A stretch of DNA of 64,000 bases from a virus, in the IMG/VR virus record IMGVR_UViG_3300025121_000023, positions 32,001 through 96,000 of that record; one strand, written 5' to 3'. Below, one piece after another: positions 50,489 to 59,359 of the stretch. The stretch's first letter is position 1. Every line of letters starts with the position of its first letter. Under the pieces are notes generated by a model. The model saw only the letters and a list, made by a program, of their open reading frames with translations, had not been told where the DNA came from and made no database searches. The position numbers were made by a program, and so were the translations under genes.

Positions 50489-50852
50489 CTTTGTTCATTA
50501 AGTTAATCAATTTTAACTTTCTTTCAAAACCTTTTATGATATTTTTTATATTTTCTTTAAGACTAGGATTAATTTTAGTATTTGCTGATGATAAAATTTT
50601 ATATATTTTTAACAATTCATTTTCTATTATAGTTTTAGAATTACCTATTACATTAGGTGGTGGATAAATACATTCTACTTTTGTTTGTTGGTCACGTACA
50701 GGAAGCCAATACATTTTTACATTCTTATTAGTATCGTTATACATTTGACTATACATACTTATGATTTCATGTATTGTTTGTTTAGCTCGTTGTACTGATA
50801 ATCCATCTATATTAATATAGATTGCTAATATTATTAATTCTTTTTCTTTCAT
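50478..50852 (-). CDS. hypothetical protein
   Basis: ORF with RKLKLINL tail. Confidence 0.6.
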   Translation of the reverse strand: MKEKELIILAIYINIDGLSVQRAKQTIHEIISMYSQMYNDTNKNVKMYWLPVRDQQTKVECIYPPPNVIGNSKTIIENELLKIYKILSSANTKINPSLKENIKNIIKGFERKLKLINLMNKVEK

Positions 50853-50985
50853 ATTATATTCTTTTTTAAAAATCCTAATCTACTATATGTATATTATATG
50901 AACTACATAATCTTAAGTTTAAATTATTTTTAAATTTCTAAATTGTCTGTTTTTATTTTAATATATAAAAATAAAACTTATTGTA

Positions 50986-52581
50986 ATGATTTTGTCTAAG
51001 TATGTTAATATAAAGATTTCTAATAATTTAATTAATTATTATACTATTTTAAATTATGAATTTAATTCTAATGAAATTATAAAAGTATTAGTTAAAGATT
51101 TACCTAAAAACAGTAGTCATAAAGTTAAAGTTAAATGTGATATTTGCAATAATGAAAAAGAAATATCATTAAATAGATATATAATTAATACTAAAAATAA
51201 AACATTACCTTATGCATGTAGTAGAATGTGTGCTGAAATAAAAAATAAAAATACGTGTTTAAAAAAATATGGAGTTGATAATATATCAAAATTGGATTTT
51301 ATTAAAAATAAAAAAGAAAAAACTTGTTTAGATAATTTTGATGTTAAGTATCCACAACAATCTAATGAAATTTTTTTAAAATCAAAAAAAACTAAAAAAG
51401 AAAAATATAATAACGAAAATTATAATAATTCGAAAAAAAGAAAAAAAACTAATATAGATAAATATGGTTTCATATCACCAACACAAAATGAACATATTAT
51501 TAAAAAAATAAAAGATAAACAATTTATATTTTATAAAAATATTATATTAAATAAATATAAACATTTAAATATAATAGATTATGATATTGATGATAAATAT
51601 ATTTTAAAATGTGATTGTGGAAAAAATCATAATTTCAAAATACATTATAAATTAATATGGCATAGATCTAAAAACAATAGTCCTTTATGTACTATATGCA
51701 ATCCGATTAGCAAAAATATATCAGGATTAGAAATATCATTATTAAATTTTATAAAAGAAAACTATAAAGAAGAAATTATTATAAATAATAGAAATATAAT
51801 AAATCCTTATGAATTAGATATTTATTTACCCGATTTAAAATTAGCATTTGAATTTAATGGACTATATTGGCATAATGAATTAAATAAAGATAAAAATTAT
51901 CATAAAAATAAATCTGATTTATGTGAAGAAAAAGGAATTCAATTAATTCATATTTACGAAGACGATTGGATTTATAAACAAGATATAATTAAATCAATGA
52001 TATTAAATAAGTTAGGTAAAACATCAAATAGAATATTTGCAAGAAAAACTGAAATAAAGGAAGTAACAGATAACAATTTAGTTAGAGAATTTTTAGAAGA
52101 AAATCACATTCAAGGATTTGTTGGTTCAAAAGTTAAAGTAGGATTATTTTATAAAGATGAATTAGTTAGTTTAATGACTTTTGGTAAAACCAGAAAACCA
52201 CTCGGGCAAAAAAATAATGATAAATCATATGAAATGTTAAGATTTTGTAATAAACTAAATACAAATGTAATTGGAGGGGCAAGTAAACTATTTGAATATT
52301 TTATTAAAAATTATGAATTTGAAGAAATAATAACATATGCAGATAGAAGTCATTCGAATGGTAAATTATATAAAATATTGGGATTCAAATTTATACATAA
52401 AACCGATTCAAATTATTATTATATTATAGATGGAATAAAACATTATAGATTTGGATTTAGAAAAGATATTTTAGTTAAAGAAGGATATGATGCAAACAAA
52501 ACAGAACACGAAATTATGTTAGAAAGAAATATTTATAGAATTTATAATTCTGGTAATTTAAAATTTAAATATTTAAGATAA
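50986..52581 (+). CDS. free-standing endonuclease (Hef-like), paralog of 42154..43800
   Basis: Highly similar C-terminal half. Confidence 0.75.
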   Translation: MILSKYVNIKISNNLINYYTILNYEFNSNEIIKVLVKDLPKNSSHKVKVKCDICNNEKEISLNRYIINTKNKTLPYACSRMCAEIKNKNTCLKKYGVDNISKLDFIKNKKEKTCLDNFDVKYPQQSNEIFLKSKKTKKEKYNNENYNNSKKRKKTNIDKYGFISPTQNEHIIKKIKDKQFIFYKNIILNKYKHLNIIDYDIDDKYILKCDCGKNHNFKIHYKLIWHRSKNNSPLCTICNPISKNISGLEISLLNFIKENYKEEIIINNRNIINPYELDIYLPDLKLAFEFNGLYWHNELNKDKNYHKNKSDLCEEKGIQLIHIYEDDWIYKQDIIKSMILNKLGKTSNRIFARKTEIKEVTDNNLVREFLEENHIQGFVGSKVKVGLFYKDELVSLMTFGKTRKPLGQKNNDKSYEMLRFCNKLNTNVIGGASKLFEYFIKNYEFEEIITYADRSHSNGKLYKILGFKFIHKTDSNYYYIIDGIKHYRFGFRKDILVKEGYDANKTEHEIMLERNIYRIYNSGNLKFKYLR

Positions 52582-54087
52582 TTCTTTTTCTAATTGTTTT
52601 AGTTCTCTTTCATAATCTTTTAATTCTTCATTAGCATCCATCATCATTTTTTTATATTTTTTACGTTCTTTATAAATTTCAGCCATAACTTGTTTAACTA
52701 CACCATCTTCATTTTTAAATACAGCACCATTTAATGTTATGATATCATCTTTATCTAATTGAATTTTATGACCATTAAATATTGAATATACTGGTTCATC
52801 AGTATTATGTAATTGTTTAATTATATCATAAATTGTTTTGCCTTTATCTTTTAATAATTGTCCTTTATAACTATCAGCACTAATATTAAATTGTCTCATT
52901 GTAGTCGGATACAATGATGCAAAATCGAAACAACAAGTCCAACTATTCATTCCAACAATAGGGTCTTTAACCCAACCACCTTTAACTAATAATTCAACAT
53001 CGTTTGTAACATCACTATGTGTATTATCTTTAACAAATACTACATTTTTTTCATTTCTCATTTTACTTCTTAATATTCCTTCAGTAACGGGTAATGTTTT
53101 AAAAGCATCTGTTATTTTAACTTTTGATAATGTAGATATACCATATAAAACATCAATATATCTTTGTTTATTGTGTATTTGTTGTACTAGAATTGAATCG
53201 ACAGCATTGTATAAAACAAATTTAGTATAATCATTTGCATATAAATATTTTAAATTTCCTTCATAATTAATTTTTTTCACACCTAATATATTTTGAGATA
53301 CAAAATCTAGTGAATTAGACTCCTTGACCTTAATTGTTGAATCCCATTTTGCATATAATTCCATATAATCTACTATTATTCTATGTGCAGGAAGTTCAGA
53401 ATTATCATTTTCTTCCCATGCTTTTCTCAATACACCAGTAAAAGAAGATATTGTCGGATCAATTCCTAAATTTCGTGCTCTATTAACAAGATACACCCAA
53501 TCATAACTAATTACATACCAACCTGTTATAACTGGCATCTTTGGTATAAGAACTTTGAAAAAATTCAGTAACATATCATATTCACTATCATATTGTTTAT
53601 ATAGAAATTCATATTTTGTACCGAATTTTTCAAATTGGTTATTAATGTTACTTTCTACAGAATCAGATTGTGATTTATTAAATTTTTTAGTTCCTATAAC
53701 AAGTACTTTATTTTTATTAACTATTGATATAGTTTGAACTTCCCCGTTTGCTTTTAATGGATTAATTTTTTCATCTAAAATCTCATTTTCTATATCCACA
53801 AAAAATATTTCAGGTTCATTATATTCGAATATCATTTCTTTTTCTTCATTAGGTAATGCATCTAAAAAATCATAAACACTATAACGGTTGGGATATCGGC
53901 TGTAAATTTCTTTCACCGTATTACCATTCCAGGTGACAAATTTACCATGTCTATCTCTATCATCTTCTTCACATATTATAAATTTTGTCGGATTTGGCCA
54001 ATTATAATATTTAAGTTTGATACTACCATGTTTATCTATATAACTTACAATAAGTTTTTGTGATCTAAATTCATAATCTACGAGCAT
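52573..54087 (-). CDS. family B DNA polymerase, exonuclease plus motif A part (split gene)
   Basis: ExoI VDIE, ExoII GW....YD, ExoIII YNAVD, motif A DFASLYP; motifs B and C absent. Confidence 0.85.
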   Translation of the reverse strand: MLVDYEFRSQKLIVSYIDKHGSIKLKYYNWPNPTKFIICEEDDRDRHGKFVTWNGNTVKEIYSRYPNRYSVYDFLDALPNEEKEMIFEYNEPEIFFVDIENEILDEKINPLKANGEVQTISIVNKNKVLVIGTKKFNKSQSDSVESNINNQFEKFGTKYEFLYKQYDSEYDMLLNFFKVLIPKMPVITGWYVISYDWVYLVNRARNLGIDPTISSFTGVLRKAWEENDNSELPAHRIIVDYMELYAKWDSTIKVKESNSLDFVSQNILGVKKINYEGNLKYLYANDYTKFVLYNAVDSILVQQIHNKQRYIDVLYGISTLSKVKITDAFKTLPVTEGILRSKMRNEKNVVFVKDNTHSDVTNDVELLVKGGWVKDPIVGMNSWTCCFDFASLYPTTMRQFNISADSYKGQLLKDKGKTIYDIIKQLHNTDEPVYSIFNGHKIQLDKDDIITLNGAVFKNEDGVVKQVMAEIYKERKKYKKMMMDANEELKDYERELKQLEKELS

Positions 54088-54189
54088 TCTATTTAATGGT
54101 TTTTTTTGTTTATAACCCCATAATCTTTTAACATTTTTTGGGTTTTAAAATTTTATATATGCTTATATAAAAATAATATTATTTAGTTT

Positions 54190-54476
54190 ATGGATAAATA
54201 AGGAAAATTTTTAATAAAAGCATTTAAAAAACATAGTCAAAAATATGATTATAGTTTAGTTAAAAATAAAAATTATAGAATAAAGATTAAAATAATTTGT
54301 TAAGAACACGATGAACTTAATCAAGAACTATTAAATTATTTAAGATGATAAGACTGCCCAAAATATGTAGGTGTTAAAAAAAGTACAAAAGATGATTTTG
54401 TACAAAATGCAAGTATAATTCATAATAATAAATATTATTATTCGAAAATTGTATATAAAAATAACAAAAATGAAAA
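54190..54476 (+). pseudogene. decayed endonuclease of the 33578 family
   Basis: MDK*GKF...KKHSQKYDYSLV...IKIIC*EH...**DCPK...IHNNKY with in-frame stops. Confidence 0.7.
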
Positions 54477-54477
54477 A

Positions 54478-54891
54478 TTATTTACCAAAACCCATTTTCC
54501 TAAAATCTGGTTCAATTGTTGGTATAGGATGACCGTTTCTATCTAAATCACCTGGCATACCATCTTGTAAATACGCACCACTTTCATGTGGGACATCATT
54601 TTCATCATAAGGTGGACGACACACAGTAGGATTATCTTCTTTTGATTCTAGAACATCTTCTTCCCAATCATAATCAAATTCAATTTCATATTTATTTAAT
54701 ATTGATTTTAATCTAGAAGCATCTAAGTCATCTGTTATAACAATTTTAAACGGTTCTTTGACATCTATTGTATGTTTAGTTACTTTTTTACTAGTATCCC
54801 ATGAACGTATAGCTCTACTATTTTCATCGCTAAATAGGTTTTCTATTCCTTCATTAACAAATTTTTTAAAATTGGTTTTTAAATATTTCAT
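54478..54891 (-). CDS. hypothetical protein with CTS-like leader
   Basis: MKYLKTNFKKFVNE. Confidence 0.65.
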   Translation of the reverse strand: MKYLKTNFKKFVNEGIENLFSDENSRAIRSWDTSKKVTKHTIDVKEPFKIVITDDLDASRLKSILNKYEIEFDYDWEEDVLESKEDNPTVCRPPYDENDVPHESGAYLQDGMPGDLDRNGHPIPTIEPDFRKMGFGK

Positions 54892-54924
54892 GTTTTGTTT
54901 TTAATTTTTATTATATATTAAATA

Positions 54925-55716
54925 TTACAATGTATTTTTAAATATATACGCTACTAAATCATTAGCAGCTTTTTGGTCTTTACCACCAATATGCCACATA
55001 ATACTATCTGTTTTAATTTCATTAATAGGTTTATATTCTTTATAATCATAAATATATAAAAGATCACCATTTTCTGATATTACATTCCAATTAAAAATAG
55101 TTCTATAATCTTCTCCGTAATCTGGTTCGCCAAATAATTTTACTAAATCATCATATTGTGCTTCTACTTCACTAAGTTTCCAACCACTATCACTTATTTT
55201 AGTAGATGTAAAAATAACATCTGGATTTCCTGGCAAGTTTTTTAATATTTCTTCTTTTGATTTAGGTTTTAGTATGTTTCTTATATTTTCGTTTAAAGTT
55301 CTATAATAAATATATGCTAATAAATTATTCTTATCTATAGGGTTTGTACCACCAATATGCCATTTAAATGATAACATATTTTTTAATTTTACTGCTAAAT
55401 AACCTGATGTATCGTCATAAATACTAACTGTTCTTCCACTAGTAGTTTTAAGTGTCCATATAAAATTATTACCAGCTCTTCTACTTTTTTTATTTGCCCA
55501 TCTTCTTTCTGGTTCACCAAATAATTTTACTAAATCATCATAAGATGTTTCAATATAACCTAATAAAAATATTCCTGCTAGTCCTTTTAATCTAGTAGGA
55601 ATGAATGATGCATTTGGATCACCTGTAGTTGATATTGCTTTAATCATTTCATCATTAGATTTCGGTTGAAGTAAATCTTTTACACTTTCTTTATATTGTT
55701 TATATGTCTTTATCAA
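54925..55716 (-). CDS. protein with tandemly duplicated domain and CTS-like leader
   Basis: Two copies of YDDLVKLFGEP..W..IYD..WHIGG. Confidence 0.7.
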   Translation of the reverse strand: MIKTYKQYKESVKDLLQPKSNDEMIKAISTTGDPNASFIPTRLKGLAGIFLLGYIETSYDDLVKLFGEPERRWANKKSRRAGNNFIWTLKTTSGRTVSIYDDTSGYLAVKLKNMLSFKWHIGGTNPIDKNNLLAYIYYRTLNENIRNILKPKSKEEILKNLPGNPDVIFTSTKISDSGWKLSEVEAQYDDLVKLFGEPDYGEDYRTIFNWNVISENGDLLYIYDYKEYKPINEIKTDSIMWHIGGKDQKAANDLVAYIFKNTL

Positions 55717-56219
55717 AATAAAAGTCCTCCTTTTACACCTTTTGGTTTTTTTGTATCTTTTGGTAACAGATTATCATGACAATATAAATCACCTTTAACA
55801 ACTAAATTTTCTGGTAATTTTTTTAATTGATTATATCTACAATCTAAATAACCTTTAACAATTAAATTATCAGGTAAACTTTTTAACCTATTAAAACTAC
55901 AATTTAAATCACCTTCAACAACTAAATTTTCAGGTAAATTAGTTAATTTATTATCATAACAATATAAATAACCTTCAACAGTTAAATTATCAGGTAAACT
56001 AGTTAATTGATTATTACTACAATTTAAATTTCCATAATAAGTACAAATACCTTTGTTATTTCTAGGTAGTAAATCGTAATCTAATTGATATTTAATTATT
56101 ATATATTCAATTTTTTTATTATCAGATAATCCTTCTAATGCTTTAATCATTTCATCTTTAGATTTCGGCTGAAGTAAATCTTTTACTGACTCATTATATT
56201 GTTTATATGTTTTTATCAT
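55713..56219 (-). CDS. LRR protein with CTS-like leader
   Basis: 20-aa (60-bp) repeats. Confidence 0.8.
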   Translation of the reverse strand: MIKTYKQYNESVKDLLQPKSKDEMIKALEGLSDNKKIEYIIIKYQLDYDLLPRNNKGICTYYGNLNCSNNQLTSLPDNLTVEGYLYCYDNKLTNLPENLVVEGDLNCSFNRLKSLPDNLIVKGYLDCRYNQLKKLPENLVVKGDLYCHDNLLPKDTKKPKGVKGGLLF

Positions 56220-56779
56220 AATATAAAATCTCCTGTTACTCCTTTTGGTTTTTTAATATCTTTTGGCAATAGATTATCATAACAAATTAAATAACCATCA
56301 ACAACTAAATTTTCAGGCAAACTAGTTAACTTATTATATCTACAATCTAAATCACCATTAACAGTTAAATTTTTTGGTAAAATAGTTAATTCATTAAAAC
56401 TACAATTTAAATAACCATTAACAATTAAATTATCAGGCAAACTAGTTAACTTATTATATCTACAATCTAAATCACCATTAACAACTAAATTTTCTGGTAA
56501 ACTAGTTAATTTATTATCACTACAATTTAAATTACCATTAACAACTAAATTGTCAGGCAAACTAGTTAATTCATAAATACTACAATTTAAATGACCATAA
56601 TAAGTACAAATACCTTCGCTATTTCTAGGTAATAAAGAATAATCTAATTGATATTGAATTATTATATATTCAATTTTTTTATTATCAGATAATCCTTCTA
56701 ATGCTTTTTTTACATCTTCATTAGATTTCGGTTGAAGTAAATCTTTTACTGATTCGTTATATTGTTTAAAAGTTTTCAT
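56216..56779 (-). CDS. LRR protein with CTS-like leader
   Basis: 20-aa repeats, one more than its neighbour. Confidence 0.8.
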   Translation of the reverse strand: MKTFKQYNESVKDLLQPKSNEDVKKALEGLSDNKKIEYIIIQYQLDYSLLPRNSEGICTYYGHLNCSIYELTSLPDNLVVNGNLNCSDNKLTSLPENLVVNGDLDCRYNKLTSLPDNLIVNGYLNCSFNELTILPKNLTVNGDLDCRYNKLTSLPENLVVDGYLICYDNLLPKDIKKPKGVTGDFIL

Positions 56780-56793
56780 ATTTTTTAATTATA

Positions 56794-56994
56794 TTAAATA
56801 AAATAATCAATTTCATCAGATGCTTCATTTATAATAATATCTATAAATTTTTTTTCATTTTCTGATAAGTTATTATACCAATTTGCAATTTCTAATTTTA
56901 TATTATCATCTAATTGTGTTTTAAAAAAAAATAATCCACTATTGTTAATTATTTCATTATCTGATTTTAATTTATTAAATAATTTAATTTTCAT
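56794..56994 (-). CDS. hypothetical protein
   Basis: ORF in operon. Confidence 0.5.
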   Translation of the reverse strand: MKIKLFNKLKSDNEIINNSGLFFFKTQLDDNIKLEIANWYNNLSENEKKFIDIIINEASDEIDYFI

Positions 56995-57003
56995 AATTAT
57001 ATT

Positions 57004-57285
57004 TTATTTTACAGTTATATCATAACTTTCGTGTTGTCCATAATAAATTCCACCAATTGTACCAGAAAAAAATAATCTATAAATACCTGGTTCAGTAAAT
57101 GTTATTGTAAAATTATCATCACAAAAAACTGTTAAATCATCACTTCTTCTACGATATTGACAATTTTCTGGAATTGCACCAGAAATAAGTTTTAATTGAA
57201 TTTTTTCATTAAGAACTATTGGTGAAAGAATAGTTACCAATGCTGACATACTTACACCCATACTTACATTACTTTTATCACTCAT
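57004..57285 (-). CDS. hypothetical beta-rich protein
   Basis: FTEPGIY PKD/Ig-like motif. Confidence 0.5.
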   Translation of the reverse strand: MSDKSNVSMGVSMSALVTILSPIVLNEKIQLKLISGAIPENCQYRRRSDDLTVFCDDNFTITFTEPGIYRLFFSGTIGGIYYGQHESYDITVK

Positions 57286-57290
57286 ATAAT

Positions 57291-58676
57291 TTAATCTTTT
57301 GTTTTTATAAATTTTTGAAGTTCTCTTAACTTATTATAATCTGGTTTATCTTTATCTAATTCGTCATTAATAATATTTTCAAGTTCTCCTTGACTCATAT
57401 TAATATAACTTTTTTCTTTATTAACTTTTTCTTCTTTTGGTTCAATTGATTCTGGTCTTGGCAATCTCTGTGCTCGTTGTAATGGTTCTTCATAAATTTC
57501 TTCTTTGTATGTTTCGGTAGGTTCTTCTAATATTGCTAAAACATTTTCAACAATTTTATATCTTCTCATTAATATATCAGATTGATCTATATCTCCACTT
57601 AATATTATCTTAATTAATTCAACAAAATCTTTATCTTTAAGCATAATTAATTCACCATAAATAAATTCTTTAATTGCTATTCTACTTACTTCTAATGGAA
57701 ATTTTCTTTCTAAATAACTATTAAAATAATCTCTTAAATCAGCAGCAATAAAAGGACCATATTTGATATCTTCTTGTTCATCTTCTAATGAATCAACAGC
57801 ATTTAATAATTTTTTAGCCATTTTTTCGTTTTCTGGTATTGCATTAGCTGCCATTAATTCATAAATTGCTTTAACTGTTTCGTGAATAAGCATAGGTAAA
57901 TCTAGTACTCTTACTTTAATTACTGGTGTCATATCTTCTTGTTCTCCTTCACTTCGATCTTCACTTTGATCTTCGCCTTTATTACTTTTCTTATTTGATT
58001 TTTTCCAATCAATTTCACTCATATTCGCCATTTCTGGCATTTCTTCCATCATATCACTTAAATCTGGCTTATTTGGATCCCAGTCAAATTTTCTATTTAT
58101 ATTTAAAAATTCTGTATAGTCCTGTAATAATCTTGGATCTATTGCATCTACCTTATCTTTTGCAGCAAACATCATACTATGAACATTTTGTGCTTCACCT
58201 TGCATAATATTATTTAAAATTTTTCTTTTACTAATACTTTCCTCCGGCAATTCAAATGTATTTTCTATATCAAAATCAGAATTATAATTAATTTCATTAT
58301 CTTCATCATCTTCATCATTTTCATCATCATCATCTTTTTCTTCTTTTTCTGGTTTATTTATAGCTTTTTGAACCATTTCCATTTTTTCTGAATCATCAGG
58401 TAAAACTATTTTAATATCAAGTTCAACACCATCTAATATAGATCCATAATGGTCTAATATTATTTGTTTTCCGATTTCTGTTAATTCTTCAAGATGTCCT
58501 TGTTGTTTTATCATTATATCTTGTGTTAATCTCATAGCATTCATAAAATCATTACGTTGAGGACCACTACCAAACATTTTTATAGATTTTTCTTCTATAT
58601 TTTTAAGATAATCTTCTGGAAGAGTATCTTTAATATTAGCTTCAAATAATTCATTAAACCTTTTTAATTTTTTCAT
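57291..58676 (-). CDS. hypothetical protein (possible virion protein), CTS-like leader, HExxK motif
   Basis: MKKLKRFNELFE; LIHETVK; acidic linkers. Confidence 0.65.
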   Translation of the reverse strand: MKKLKRFNELFEANIKDTLPEDYLKNIEEKSIKMFGSGPQRNDFMNAMRLTQDIMIKQQGHLEELTEIGKQIILDHYGSILDGVELDIKIVLPDDSEKMEMVQKAINKPEKEEKDDDDENDEDDEDNEINYNSDFDIENTFELPEESISKRKILNNIMQGEAQNVHSMMFAAKDKVDAIDPRLLQDYTEFLNINRKFDWDPNKPDLSDMMEEMPEMANMSEIDWKKSNKKSNKGEDQSEDRSEGEQEDMTPVIKVRVLDLPMLIHETVKAIYELMAANAIPENEKMAKKLLNAVDSLEDEQEDIKYGPFIAADLRDYFNSYLERKFPLEVSRIAIKEFIYGELIMLKDKDFVELIKIILSGDIDQSDILMRRYKIVENVLAILEEPTETYKEEIYEEPLQRAQRLPRPESIEPKEEKVNKEKSYINMSQGELENIINDELDKDKPDYNKLRELQKFIKTKD

Positions 58677-58677
58677 T

Positions 58678-58938
58678 TTATTTAGAATATTTATTTTTTA
58701 AGAAATTTTCTATTTCTTTATCACCTTTAGATAATTCTAAAAACTTATTTGCAACTTCTTTAACAGTTGCTTTTGGTCTAGGATTTATTGAAGGTTTATC
58801 TCTTCTTATAGGTGAAGGTCTACCAGGTACTGTATTAGGTTTAACTCCTGGTTTAGTTATTGGTTTTACTGTTGGTTCAGCTACATCTATTTCTACACCT
58901 TCTTGTAAGAAAATTTTAAACGATTTTATTTTTTTCAT
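58678..58938 (-). CDS. Pro-rich small protein with CTS-like leader
   Basis: MKKIKSFKIFLQE. Confidence 0.65.
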   Translation of the reverse strand: MKKIKSFKIFLQEGVEIDVAEPTVKPITKPGVKPNTVPGRPSPIRRDKPSINPRPKATVKEVANKFLELSKGDKEIENFLKNKYSK

Positions 58939-58957
58939 ATCTTTATTATTATTTTAT

Positions 58958-59284
58958 TTATAATTCAATTTTTGTTAATCCAGTTCCATTCCAATCTGGA
59001 TATAATATATATAATTTTTCAATCCATTTATCATGAGCAAAATCTAAAATATCAGCACCATCACTAATTCTATTATATGCTGAATTAATATTATTTCCAA
59101 ATGTAATAGTAACATAATTATTGTAATCATTAGTATAACTTGTTGAATCTGTATATACTTTAATTCTAGAATATACATAAGTAGAATCTATATTTAATCT
59201 TATATCTTCTATTCTTATATAACATGAATTTAAATTAATTCCACCTTGTATAGTAATTCCACTATTTGAACATTGTATTGCCAT
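58958..59284 (-). CDS. hypothetical protein
   Basis: ORF. Confidence 0.6.
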   Translation of the reverse strand: MAIQCSNSGITIQGGINLNSCYIRIEDIRLNIDSTYVYSRIKVYTDSTSYTNDYNNYVTITFGNNINSAYNRISDGADILDFAHDKWIEKLYILYPDWNGTGLTKIEL

Positions 59285-59359
59285 TTTATTTAAATCATTT
59301 TTGTTTATTTTTATATATTAAATTTTATATATAGAATAAATAAAAATTAATTAATTATT

